This document shows positions 9,101 through 16,952 of a DNA stretch of 64,000 nt, in pieces; the first letter of the stretch is position 1, and every line of letters begins with the position of its first letter. The position numbers were made by a program, and so were the translations under genes. The notes under the pieces are model-generated. The model saw only the letters and a list, made by a program, of their open reading frames with translations. It had not been told where the DNA came from and searched no databases. Origin of the DNA: a candidate division FCPU426 bacterium (lineage in GTDB: Bacteria > Oederibacteriota > PGYV01 > Palsa-1178); NCBI GenBank assembly GCA_963840035.1, contig CAWIXE010000002.1:1248001-1312000 (forward strand), read 5' to 3'.

Positions 9101-11256
9101 ACCCGGACATAATCCACCACATCGGCTGCCGGTATGGGAACCCCCGCATTATCCTGTATCTCAAACCTCAGCCTGCCCACTGAAACCATACCGTTTGTGT
9201 TATTCAATAACGCGATGGACATTGCGGCTACGCCCTGCTGCCCGGAATTTGCGCGCTGAGGCATGGTGTCAGCATGCCTTGCTTTTATATCCACAGCGGG
9301 ATTGAGTATCAGGACAGATGATGTTTTCATGGGAAAAGAATCTGAAATATCGGAAGTTACCGCGACAGGCAGTTTTGAATTTTTATCCACCGCGTTGACA
9401 GCCGTGGCCGCGCCCAGGCTGAGCTTTATGCTTGTTTCGGACGTCGTGCCGGTCACGTCCAGGTAAAATTTCAGGGCACCGGACCCGCCCGGCGGCACTA
9501 TCAGGGATGTGGAAAAATTAATATACAGTTTTGCCGCGGACGCCGGCATTGATGACGCTGACGCAAGCGTATTATTCGACGCGTCAAGGACCGTAAACCC
9601 GGACATGACGCTGTTGGGCGTATTAATTCCGGAATCGTTCTCAACAGTTACAGTTACGCCCCTGATTTCAATCGGCGCGTAGCCAACCCCGTTTAAATGG
9701 GTAAACGTAATATCTGCGGCATGGACCCATTTCTGCGTTTTTGCCGCGTATTGAGGCATCGTGTTCAGATGGAAAACACTTACCCCCGTTGCCCCGGTTT
9801 GTATGACAGCGGACGTGCTTGTCAGCGACGCTGCCATGACAGGCGTCAGCGTGACACCGCTGCTTCCGGAAAACGCAGATATATGCGAAGTTTTTGAAAG
9901 GCTCATGTAAAAATCATTCGCGGACACTGCCGGCAGTATATCCACCATGGCTGTTACATCCCTGTATGTCCCGGATGTTACTGTCATACTTGACGCGAAA
10001 GGCAGCCAAACGCTGTTCGCGCCGCTTAACGCGGATGTATCCGAGTATGTTGTAATTCCATCCGATATTCTGACCCGTGAAAACAGCGCATTCAATCCCA
10101 TCGCCGGGTTTGATACTGCCGTTAATGTCACACCACTGACAACAACATCCGCGTAGATGGTCACAGCCTGCGGATGCGCGAACCGGAGCGTGAAAGGTTT
10201 CACCCCCTGCTGGCCCCTGGACACATACCCGGGCATCAGGTCAACGCGCGTCACATTCACGGAGTTATTGGCCGTTGTAATCAGGGTCCTTGTCGTGGCA
10301 AAAGGAAAAGAGGTCCCTGTATACGCCCTTGTAGTGTATGATCCGCCGTTGGTTATATCCGCCGCCTGCGGTATCCTCAGGCCTATGTCATACGTATTGA
10401 CAGCGGTTTCAAGGTAAATATAAATATCCACATATTGCGCGGCGCCTCCGTCATTTACTGAAATGGCCGTTGATAAACTGATGTTTGCCGTAGTCGAGGT
10501 CCCTGACGGGACATAATTTGCGTATGTTGTCGAACCATCCTTAATTATTATACGGGCTATGGAAGCGTTCATATTGACGCCTGAGGCGTAATTCACCGAC
10601 TGCAGCCTTATTGCGCTGACCGATATATTGCTGCCGCCGCTCGGGGTGGAATTATAAAAACCGGCCCTGAACGCGAGGATATTAGACTGCCCGGCGTCAG
10701 CTTTCTGGGGCATGGCGTCCGTTAACGACACATAAAGATACCCATTGTTGACAATCGTCTGCGTACTTGAATTTGTCGTGTCGGATGAAGGAAATGTTCC
10801 GCCCCCCGTGAAGCTTATGCAATTCTTTGATATTCTAAACGCACACTGGTTGTTATCGGCCGGAGTCACCGCTATATCAACCGTTATATATATGGAACCG
10901 CCGTTTTGAACAGGAGTATTCAGCGCGGCGGAGCCCCATGTCCTTGTTGCTGTCCTGGGCAGCGTGCCAATTAACACCGCGGCTGCCGGGTTAAATGTCC
11001 CTCCTGCGGCCTGATACCACGCTTTAACAGCCATTATGTCACCTGATTGATCGGCAGTTTTCGTATTTACGACGCTGATAGCCGTTAAGACATCATCCGT
11101 TCCGGCTGTTATGCTAAACCTGTATACAAGTTTGTTTGTATCCACAGGGTAGAAACTCGCCGTAGATGTATTTACAAGCGACACGGATGTCACTGAAGAC
11201 ATTATAATTGCGGGAAACAGGAACAACATCGCCGTCATCAAACGCAGTAATTTCAT
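3115..11256 (-). CDS. Giant secreted repeat protein (about 16 beta-rich units of roughly 160-170 aa) with C-terminal FlgD-Ig/T9SS-type sorting domain
   Basis: 2713 aa; signal peptide; recurring DxMP...GQ unit starts and DSFPMxS unit ends; C-terminus NYPNPF...IYT...WDG...SGVY...KIAVLR. Confidence 0.85.
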   Translation of the reverse strand: MKLLRLMTAMLFLFPAIIMSSVTSVSLVNTSTASFYPVDTNKLVYRFSITAGTDDVLTAISVVNTKTADQSGDIMAVKAWYQAAGGTFNPAAAVLIGTLPRTATRTWGSAALNTPVQNGGSIYITVDIAVTPADNNQCAFRISKNCISFTGGGTFPSSDTTNSSTQTIVNNGYLYVSLTDAMPQKADAGQSNILAFRAGFYNSTPSGGSNISVSAIRLQSVNYASGVNMNASIARIIIKDGSTTYANYVPSGTSTTANISLSTAISVNDGGAAQYVDIYIYLETAVNTYDIGLRIPQAADITNGGSYTTRAYTGTSFPFATTRTLITTANNSVNVTRVDLMPGYVSRGQQGVKPFTLRFAHPQAVTIYADVVVSGVTLTAVSNPAMGLNALFSRVRISDGITTYSDTSALSGANSVWLPFASSMTVTSGTYRDVTAMVDILPAVSANDFYMSLSKTSHISAFSGSSGVTLTPVMAASLTSTSAVIQTGATGVSVFHLNTMPQYAAKTQKWVHAADITFTHLNGVGYAPIEIRGVTVTVENDSGINTPNSVMSGFTVLDASNNTLASASSMPASAAKLYINFSTSLIVPPGGSGALKFYLDVTGTTSETSIKLSLGAATAVNAVDKNSKLPVAVTSDISDSFPMKTSSVLILNPAVDIKARHADTMPQRANSGQQGVAAMSIALLNNTNGMVSVGRLRFEIQDNAGVPIPAADVVDYVRVEDFSNTSAAYYASAVTTTGSVLDMALVSPVIIGYSSSAPVTVSVKFNISASPKKNYFRAQMASAAGIIAKDYNLGNALPVSPILDSFPMNSSAVRVEARALSLNVSHTPRAAGPLSKGDVGAELIDLAFEAPGDTLTSSAVIYGITLTAENSSGSIAANTALSKVVVYEKGNPLNIYGSVPAMPAGQFVYVKFTNPVRVTPSASPGNLTVTVAADISPFASAPEFRISLSNGYKVGACDSNQMIAVSVTAKAPDTFPDMRSNLINLLSSNKAKLMHSDLMAETATNGQKAVAVMGLKFSNATDRPIAIHGLTLTAEDMANNGIIPSAVLAALYAVDDAGTTNGVVTAVPDSGQDVYMTFTDDVNIAASSYGNFNIIADLKDNTFTSAFKLEISAAVRVDAMPNTLIVEADSEDTFPMRSSPVRVQLKPSGAGLSHNDVIPTTASTGQSDIFAEILTAYNPNTADCADVVLSGLTLTVEDDTNTAINPSAAIKKITIKGDSGINASFTAVPNTVGSFYVPFSAPVAVGPGLSQVLKLNLDITDTLQASFFRINIKNAAAVRFVDANSGMTIAATAMNGDAFPMTTSGVIVQQRVQECRMSHADIMQPAYNSGQSGAGLLSISFTNPGGSNGANMFITRIVATVEDASNNGITPESVLSRIYVTDASGAVYGDVVSPPDYGDSASIGLTIPIIIPPGTTKQVFIKGNIDASPSAPGFRVDIKYASNVIARDSNSYDILPVTAYMDSFPMRSSYALIQQKTNLISASSANLMPAAVNKGQADVPVLYFEAVNGNPAGYSAAEVRGLTVTVMNSAAGPVAPSAVLSKLTVSDGVTVFGAQTAILSAGNKVFIPLSTPISLASGVLKGVTMYADIAPAASGLNLMLSLEDDGDISAAEINSGGPVTAVTGLFPMRSDATTIISTPGIHVTHSAAAPGDISGSQQNFSLLSLTFTNIGSFAEYVRYLTVTAKDNSGSGAPAGEIFSNMYIVDDGGDTKCVKAVSGAAPQIILDMSSLPLQVLPQSAISMALYADARDVTFSASYRVEAASAADVSATAAVSAGAGDSFPMGSGNFNLQQRNTGISVSLADLMPPSVSTGQPEVMTMMLSISGAGGPGYSPVIIKGISITVKDAASNTLCASKTFSRVRLTDFINDFADTAVIPDSEFINIQLPQPLTVSAGEVKYIYVIADMSTNTNIAAAGFKLALSSPDAVEAYDYNSRSMRVPVTGAFALESSAAAIQKHAVQLKVAHEDAMPARISTDQLNIPVMKLVFTDTGDTKTASVMITRLYLYLVDNLGANTLPQDVVKAVRISSGDGSVTYGETTVFSGNKITINLSAPVIVSAAVNVTVTVRVDAASLFNKPAFKAALVSAPDIYAVDANSFDSVPVVNKQPDNFPMMSGLSVLENRAQSADLGDFTAIADAQPAVTKAQKRVALYSFKVSDTMAANTAREIISGITVTVKNGAGSNISAGSCFDRLYAVDGSSNTLSSVVPGISNRVPMPFIAPVIISPSGYLYVTIFADILPAPAVQNFALYLESGGDVWVKDANSGYETDKNIIGPAMPWHTAAIGIFDAPATDLHAWHDGTLIPALIGKGQDDVKVMGLTLSNPCATGSADVIMHGVSVTVLDAAGVTLAPSSVIEGLKFADYPGLVTYGYATGSAFASAGPVYVAFDSPLPVGAMKTTTIYLSANVADNAAPGSVRFSISQDTCIAAHNNPAGYVTITAVNSDAFPMNTNLTSVTAATYFVGVCHAARMPVSAVRGQAGVKALELSFSNHNTADIGIKGITLTVKTRQGNKIPASSVISSVLLMDGAAIAGTFTATDSPELYLDPAGLNIPKGTEKTLAVVLGLSADCLYDFGLELETAGDITASPDSNMQAQAGDYFGNMKSGMVSVLAPATAESFHNYPNPFDPARGNTVVEYYLEDTSEVTLAIYTLDFRPVKILADRAVKTAGLHNEDTWDGFNSGHTGVRSGVYICVIDIKSAATGRSERLMRKIAVLR

Positions 11257-11275
11257 AACATGTGCCTCCGTCTTG

Positions 11276-11623
11276 TTAATTTGTCACGAAACTCTCCACC
11301 GCCTCTTCGGCATTCCTGTATGATTTAATAAATTCATGCGCGTCCAGCAATTCATATACCAGGCCGACTTCCTCGTTCATGGCCGCAAGCTTCATATCGC
11401 CGCCTATCGCCCTGAGAACCGCCACAAAATCACGGAGCACCATCCACACTTCAGTTCCCATATTCGCCGTGTACTCAAGATTAACAACCAGTTTTTTTTC
11501 ATTACAATTAACAAGGGCCTTAAGCTTATCCTCCAGCAATTTTATGTTTGTCCCGTCTATCCATCCCGAAGGGCTTATGATAAAAGCCCCATCCCTGCGG
11601 TTTTCAAAAATAAAAAGTTCCAT
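11276..11623 (-). CDS. STAS-domain protein with degenerate phospho-loop (MGTEVW)
   Basis: GWIDGTN, LVVNLE, GGDMKLA; paralog of 462..812. Confidence 0.85.
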   Translation of the reverse strand: MELFIFENRRDGAFIISPSGWIDGTNIKLLEDKLKALVNCNEKKLVVNLEYTANMGTEVWMVLRDFVAVLRAIGGDMKLAAMNEEVGLVYELLDAHEFIKSYRNAEEAVESFVTN

Positions 11624-11650
11624 ATCGCCCTCCGTTCCGGTTTTTGCCCT

Positions 11651-12010
11651 TTACTGAGCCCTGAAACTGGTGACTGCCTGCTGTTCGGTCGGATACGCCT
11701 CGATGAGCTCAAAAAATTCCATTATCTTAAAAACGCATTCAACATCCTCATTCATATTCGTGAGCTTTAAACAGCCCCCTTTTTCATTTATCTTCCTCAG
11801 GTTTGAGAGAAGTATCCCCCACCCGGCCGAGCCGATAAATGATATCTTATCCAGGTTTATGATTAGTGAATAATTCTCCCTGGCGAATTCCTCCTCGAAT
11901 TTTTCCGCCAGCTTATACGCGTTTGAAGCGTCAATAAAGCCTTCGGCGCTGATGACGGTTACACCCCCCCTGTTAATGTCGGTAAAACTCACTGTGTTTG
12001 CTACGGTCAT
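11651..12010 (-). CDS. STAS-domain anti-sigma factor antagonist
   Basis: GFIDASN, LIINLDKISFIGSAGWG, GGCLKL; ATG 12010 behind GGAGG. Confidence 0.9.
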   Translation of the reverse strand: MTVANTVSFTDINRGGVTVISAEGFIDASNAYKLAEKFEEEFARENYSLIINLDKISFIGSAGWGILLSNLRKINEKGGCLKLTNMNEDVECVFKIMEFFELIEAYPTEQQAVTSFRAQ

Positions 12011-12047
12011 AACAGCCTCCTTTTGCGCCCTCCTTAAGGGCATATTG

Positions 12048-13544
12048 TTAATTCAGTGTTTTCTTCAGTACCAGAAGTGCTATATCATCGCTTTGCTCGG
12101 CTTTTCCGGCGAATTTTTTCACGTCATTTACTATATACTCGGTTATGTTTTCAGCGCTCCTGGTACAGCTTGACTTAATGGCCGATATCAGCCTCTTCAT
12201 GTTATACTGGACATGGTCGGCGTTCATTGCCTCTGTTATGCCGTCGGTAAATACCACTATCACATCCCCGCCGGAAAGCGTGACATGGTCGTTTTTGATT
12301 ATATTGTTGAATTTTGGCCCCGGGTCGGTCCCTATGGGGATGCCCCTGGGATTATAGAACATGACATCGCCGGTCGCGGCCCTGAAGACCAGCCCCCCCG
12401 TATGTCCGGCCGATGATATGTCAAGCACGGACGCATCAGTATCCATAACACAGTAAAAAGCCGTGATGAACATGTCGCCTTTAAGGTCCGGGAAAAGCCG
12501 TTCATTGATCCGCTTCATGGTTACGTGCGATTCAACCGACGGGCTGGCTTCCGAATCAACTATGGATTTGAGCATGGCCATCACCAGCGCGGCGGGAACC
12601 CCCTTTCCGGAGACATCCGCAACCATAAAGGCATATTTGTTTTCAGCAAGGTATTTTATGTCGTAATAATCGCCGCCGACTTCCTTTGTCGGCATGTAAT
12701 ATTTCCCCACTTCAAAGCCCGGCACCGCCAGCATCTTCTTTGGCAGGAGCGCGAGTTGTATCTGCCTGGCCACTTCTATATCCCTGTCCATTATTTCCTG
12801 CTTAACAACAAGTTCCTGCGAATTTTTCAGGTCCTTTGTCATCATATTTATAATGGTGGCCAGCGTGCCTATCTCATTTCCGCTTTTAACCTGTATCCTG
12901 TGCGACAGGTCGCCCGTGCCTATTATTTTCGCCCCTCTTGTAACTGTCTTCAAAGGGGTTGTGATGGTAATCCCGAGAAAGCATGCCCCCGCCACGCCCA
13001 GTATGAGCGATAACAGCGATATAATCGCGGCGTTCCTGTACATATCGTAAAGCACTGCCTCAATAAGCCCGTATGATATCCCCAGGTGGGCTGTTGCAAT
13101 TTTTATCATTCCTTTTGCAAGAACCGGCGAGCTGAAATCCATAATCTTCGCGCCGTCCTGCGCCGCGTAAATCACCATGCCTTCAGCGTCCTTTTCCTGA
13201 ATGATATCCTGCGGCGCTTTATACTCAGACCCGGTGAGTTCCAGGTTGTTGCTTCCCACAATCAGATTCTGTTTATTTACCACATCTATATATATGAGTC
13301 CTTTGTTATTCATGGTATCAGCCAGAATCCTGGAAACCGAAAGCTCGTCTTTTGTCAGGATACCGTCCGAAATGGAGTTGGAAAGGTTTTTTACAAGCGA
13401 CAGGCCCCTTAGTTTTATCTCGTTCTCAAGGCTCTTTTTTTGCTGCGTTATAAAAAAGTAACTCATAACGCTTGTCACAACCAGCAGCAGGGCTGTTACG
13501 AATATTATAATCTCAAAAAGTATGCTTCCGCGTTTTGCAGCCAT
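12048..13544 (-). CDS. Membrane sensor PP2C/SpoIIE-family phosphatase (TM-periplasmic-TM-HAMP-PP2C; RsbU-like)
   Basis: Two TM segments, HAMP (GDLSHRI...NEIGTL), intact VGGDYYD, VADVSGKG, FTDGITEA, DDIALL. Confidence 0.92.
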   Translation of the reverse strand: MAAKRGSILFEIIIFVTALLLVVTSVMSYFFITQQKKSLENEIKLRGLSLVKNLSNSISDGILTKDELSVSRILADTMNNKGLIYIDVVNKQNLIVGSNNLELTGSEYKAPQDIIQEKDAEGMVIYAAQDGAKIMDFSSPVLAKGMIKIATAHLGISYGLIEAVLYDMYRNAAIISLLSLILGVAGACFLGITITTPLKTVTRGAKIIGTGDLSHRIQVKSGNEIGTLATIINMMTKDLKNSQELVVKQEIMDRDIEVARQIQLALLPKKMLAVPGFEVGKYYMPTKEVGGDYYDIKYLAENKYAFMVADVSGKGVPAALVMAMLKSIVDSEASPSVESHVTMKRINERLFPDLKGDMFITAFYCVMDTDASVLDISSAGHTGGLVFRAATGDVMFYNPRGIPIGTDPGPKFNNIIKNDHVTLSGGDVIVVFTDGITEAMNADHVQYNMKRLISAIKSSCTRSAENITEYIVNDVKKFAGKAEQSDDIALLVLKKTLN

Positions 13545-13862
13545 GTACACCCCCGGTAACATTTATACGCATTAATAAATTGCGGTTAATTTTAGCGTAC
13601 TTTAGCAGGTTAAAGCGGCATGTTATGAATCGCGCAGGCTTGCAGAAAAGTTTTTTTCAGTTAATTAATTGCGGGGTGAAGGTTGTTCCACTTTCACGGA
13701 TGTGTTTTTATATGAGGCATATATTTTTTTAGTTTTTTTCAGCTCAACCCTTATTCCCCAGTGCCTAAACCCACTTTCTAAATCAGCTTTCAATATATGT
13801 ATAGCCTTTGATATGTAAAATGTCAAATTATAAATGCTTTAACCCATATTTATAAGCATAAA

Positions 13863-13887
13863 AAAAGGCGCCTTGAAGGCGCCTTTT
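13863..13887. terminator. Intrinsic terminator after nuoN
   Basis: AAAAGGCGCC...GGCGCCTTTT hairpin with A/T tracts on both sides. Confidence 0.8.
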
Positions 13888-13904
13888 CAGGTCAAACGGT
13901 TATA

Positions 13905-15329
13905 TCAATGCAGGAAAAGTTTCTGCGCTATGTCAGTGGTTAAGTCTATTACCGGGCCAGGGTATATACCAATGGCAAACATCAGCACCATGCATATTAC
14001 GATTACAGCCATGACGCCCTTCGGTACAACAGCCTTCGCAAATTCTTTTTTTCTGTCAAATATGTACATCTGCTTTAAGACAAGCAGGTAATAATAAAGC
14101 GATATGGTGCTGTTAAGCGCGGCCGCGATTACCAGCCACACGTAGCCTTTTTCCATAGCCGCATAAAAGAGGTAGAACTTCCCCACGAATCCGGCCAGCG
14201 GCGGTATCCCGGCGAGCGACAGCAATGCGAGCATGAATATAATGGCAAGGAACGGCTCTTTTTGGGCGAGTCCGGCGTAATCCTCAAGTTCGTTTGAGCC
14301 TGTCACCTTCTCAAAAACCGCGATTACAGAGAAGGCCAGTATGTTTGTAATCGTATAAGCCAGCAGGTAAAAAAGCACAGAACTGATCCCGATTACGGAA
14401 GCCCCGACAAATCCGACCAAGATGTAACCGGCCTGCGATATGGTGGAGTACGCCAGCAGCCTTTTGACATTCTTCTGCGGTATGGCAATTAAGTTTCCGA
14501 TTGTCATGGTTAAAAGGGCTATTATGGATAATAACGGCACCCAGATATAATCAAGCTTTACGAACATGTAGGCAAAGAGCCTCACCGCGAATATAAATCC
14601 GGCGGCCTTTGACCCCACTGAAATAAATGAAGCGACCGGAGTCGGAGCGCCCTGGTACACATCGGGCGTCCACGCGTGCATTGGCACCATGGAAAGCTTA
14701 AAGCCCACGCCTAAAAGGGTCATTATAAGCGCTATTACAAAAAGCGGCTGAATCTGCGACTGTGAAGCGTAAGCCATAATCGAATCCAGATTAGTGGCCC
14801 TGGACATGCCGTAAATGATGGACAATCCGTAAAGTAATACGCCTGAAGAAAGCGCGCCGAGGATCAGGTACTTAATGCCCGCTTCAAGCGAAAGGTTGTC
14901 GTGTTTGTAAATGGCGCTTAACGCGTATAAGCTTATGGTGGCCAGCTCAAGGCCGACATAAAGCGTTATAAGTTCTTTTGATGAAACCAGGAACATAAGC
15001 CCCAGAGTGGATGCCGCAAGCAGTATGTAATATGCCGCCGTGTATTTTTTTGAGACTTTGATGGTGCCTACGGACATAAATCCGGTCAGAAGGGCCGCGA
15101 GCAGAATCACGGTTTTTGAGAACCACGCCACGCCGTCAGAAACATAAGCCCCGCCAAGAAGTATTCCCTGTTTGGTAAAGACCGCGACATATACAAGCAG
15201 CGCGGCAATGGCCATATTAAAAACAACGCCTATTATCTCCTTTTTTTCTTTTATAAAGAAGTCAAGGAATAAAAGCAAAGCTATGATGCCGGTTAAAGCA
15301 AGCTCTCCGTACATTAACGAAAAATCCAA
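13905..15329 (-). CDS. nuoN: NADH-quinone oxidoreductase subunit N
   Basis: EAGIKY, FKLSMVPMHAWTPDVYQGAP, KRLLAYS, SLAGIPPLAGF; TTG start. Confidence 0.95.
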   Translation of the reverse strand: MDFSLMYGELALTGIIALLLFLDFFIKEKKEIIGVVFNMAIAALLVYVAVFTKQGILLGGAYVSDGVAWFSKTVILLAALLTGFMSVGTIKVSKKYTAAYYILLAASTLGLMFLVSSKELITLYVGLELATISLYALSAIYKHDNLSLEAGIKYLILGALSSGVLLYGLSIIYGMSRATNLDSIMAYASQSQIQPLFVIALIMTLLGVGFKLSMVPMHAWTPDVYQGAPTPVASFISVGSKAAGFIFAVRLFAYMFVKLDYIWVPLLSIIALLTMTIGNLIAIPQKNVKRLLAYSTISQAGYILVGFVGASVIGISSVLFYLLAYTITNILAFSVIAVFEKVTGSNELEDYAGLAQKEPFLAIIFMLALLSLAGIPPLAGFVGKFYLFYAAMEKGYVWLVIAAALNSTISLYYYLLVLKQMYIFDRKKEFAKAVVPKGVMAVIVICMVLMFAIGIYPGPVIDLTTDIAQKLFLH

Positions 15330-15350
15330 GTTAAACCTCCGTGAATTCGA

Positions 15351-15455
15351 TTTCTAATTTCTTATTTCTAATTTTTGATTGAAACCTTGCGCCTTACTCC
15401 TGTCTCCAATCTCTTGCCTCGTCTTTCCTCATTCCGCCACCCACCACCCACTTTC
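15351..15455. repeat. Stacked 7-bp periodic tracts between nuoM and nuoN
   Basis: TTTCTAA/TTTCTTA/TTTCTAA/TTTTTGA, then TACTCCT/GTCTCCA/ATCTCTT, then CCGCCAC/CCACCAC. Confidence 0.6.
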
Positions 15456-15458
15456 CTC

Positions 15459-16952
15459 CTACATCGTCCCAAGTTTCAGCGCAATGGGCAGCACTGACGA
15501 ATGTATAACCTTCATTATGTAGAACGGGTACACACCCACCGCCACTATAAAGAACATAAGCAGCGCGAGCGCGGCGAACTCTATTTTGTTGATATCCTTT
15601 AATCCCGCGTACTTCGGCATTTCCGGGCCGAAGAAAACTATCTGTACCGCCCTTAAAACATAGAACGCGGTAAAGACAATTCCGGTTATGCAAATGACGG
15701 TAATTACCGGGAATGTTTTATAGGCACCCAGGAATACCGTTATCTCAGCGACAAACCCTGATAACGCCGGCAGCCCGAGCGAGCAAAGCCCTGTAAGCAC
15801 AAAGAACGCCGTTAGCGCCGGCATCTTCTTGGCCAGCCCCTGCATTTCGGTTATTATCCTTGTATGAGACCTGCCGTATGTCATGCCCACCAGGCCGAAG
15901 AAAAGGCCTGTCATGATGCCGTGCGAGAACATCTGAAGCACTGCCCCGGAAAACGCCACTGAATTTCCGGCGGCGATGCCGAGAAGCACTATTCCCATGT
16001 GCGACACAGATGAGTATGCCACTATGAATTTCAAATCCCTCTGCGCCACAGCTCCTAAAGAGCCGTATACGATATTGACAACCGTAAGCACCGCGATCGT
16101 CGGGAACCAGAATTTCGCGCCGTCAGGCAGGAGCCACACGGCCACCACAAGGCACCCGTACGCGCCGAGTTTCATAAGCACGCCTGCGTGAAGCATGGAA
16201 ACGGCCGTGGGCGCCGAGGCATGGCCGTCAGGTGACCATGTATGAAACGGCCACAGCGCGGCTAAGATGCCAAACCCCACGAATAATATCGGGAAGAATA
16301 TAATCTGGAAGGTCCTGTCAAAAGTTATCTTTTCCAGGAGGTCAAAATCAAAAGTATGTATGCCGGAGGCAAAATAAAGGCCGAGTATGCCCGCGAGTAT
16401 AAGCGCGCTTCCCACCATGAGGTATAAGGTCAGTTTCATGGCTGAGTATTCCTTCGGGCCTGTCCCCCATATCCCGATAAGCAGGTACATGGGCAGTACC
16501 GCTATTTCATAAAAAAGGAAGAACAGGAATAGATTATATGTCATGAATACGCCGAAGACCCCGGTCGTAAGGGTTAAAAGCAGTATGAAGAACTCTTTTG
16601 GCCTGTAAGTGATGTCCCATGAAGCGAGTACGCCGGCAGTAATGATAACGCCTGTTAAAAGCACGAGCACGACATTTATGCCGTTAACACCCATGAAGTA
16701 ATTAATGCCGAGCGCCTCGGCCCATATATGGTGCTCCACGAACTGGAGCCCGCCTTTTGTAAAATCATAGGCGAAGAAAAGCAGTATGGAAAGGACAAAT
16801 GATATGGCTGAGAAGGTAAATGACACCAGCCTTACCGCCTTATGGTTTGAGCCGGGTATTATAAAAAGAGCTATCACAGCCAGAAGCGGCATGACATATA
16901 TTATGGTGAGTATCGGTATCTGGCTGAAAAAAGCGTTTAACACGGCTGACAT
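15459..16952 (-). CDS. nuoM: NADH-quinone oxidoreductase subunit M
   Basis: PFHTWSPDGH, LMKLGAYG, AYSSVSHMG, LGLPALSGFVAE. Confidence 0.95.
   Translation of the reverse strand: MSAVLNAFFSQIPILTIIYVMPLLAVIALFIIPGSNHKAVRLVSFTFSAISFVLSILLFFAYDFTKGGLQFVEHHIWAEALGINYFMGVNGINVVLVLLTGVIITAGVLASWDITYRPKEFFILLLTLTTGVFGVFMTYNLFLFFLFYEIAVLPMYLLIGIWGTGPKEYSAMKLTLYLMVGSALILAGILGLYFASGIHTFDFDLLEKITFDRTFQIIFFPILFVGFGILAALWPFHTWSPDGHASAPTAVSMLHAGVLMKLGAYGCLVVAVWLLPDGAKFWFPTIAVLTVVNIVYGSLGAVAQRDLKFIVAYSSVSHMGIVLLGIAAGNSVAFSGAVLQMFSHGIMTGLFFGLVGMTYGRSHTRIITEMQGLAKKMPALTAFFVLTGLCSLGLPALSGFVAEITVFLGAYKTFPVITVICITGIVFTAFYVLRAVQIVFFGPEMPKYAGLKDINKIEFAALALLMFFIVAVGVYPFYIMKVIHSSVLPIALKLGTM

Noticed and set aside
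3217..10417. Many plus-strand ORFs of 60-270 aa
   Set aside because: Antisense shadows of the giant gene with no motifs; the same applies to shadow ORFs over nuo, M16, kds and DUF1846 (for example 38015..38833)
13797..13826. TTGACA-17-TATACA as promoter of the PP2C operon
   Set aside because: The -10 lacks the conserved final T and lies about 250 nt upstream; possible but not supportable
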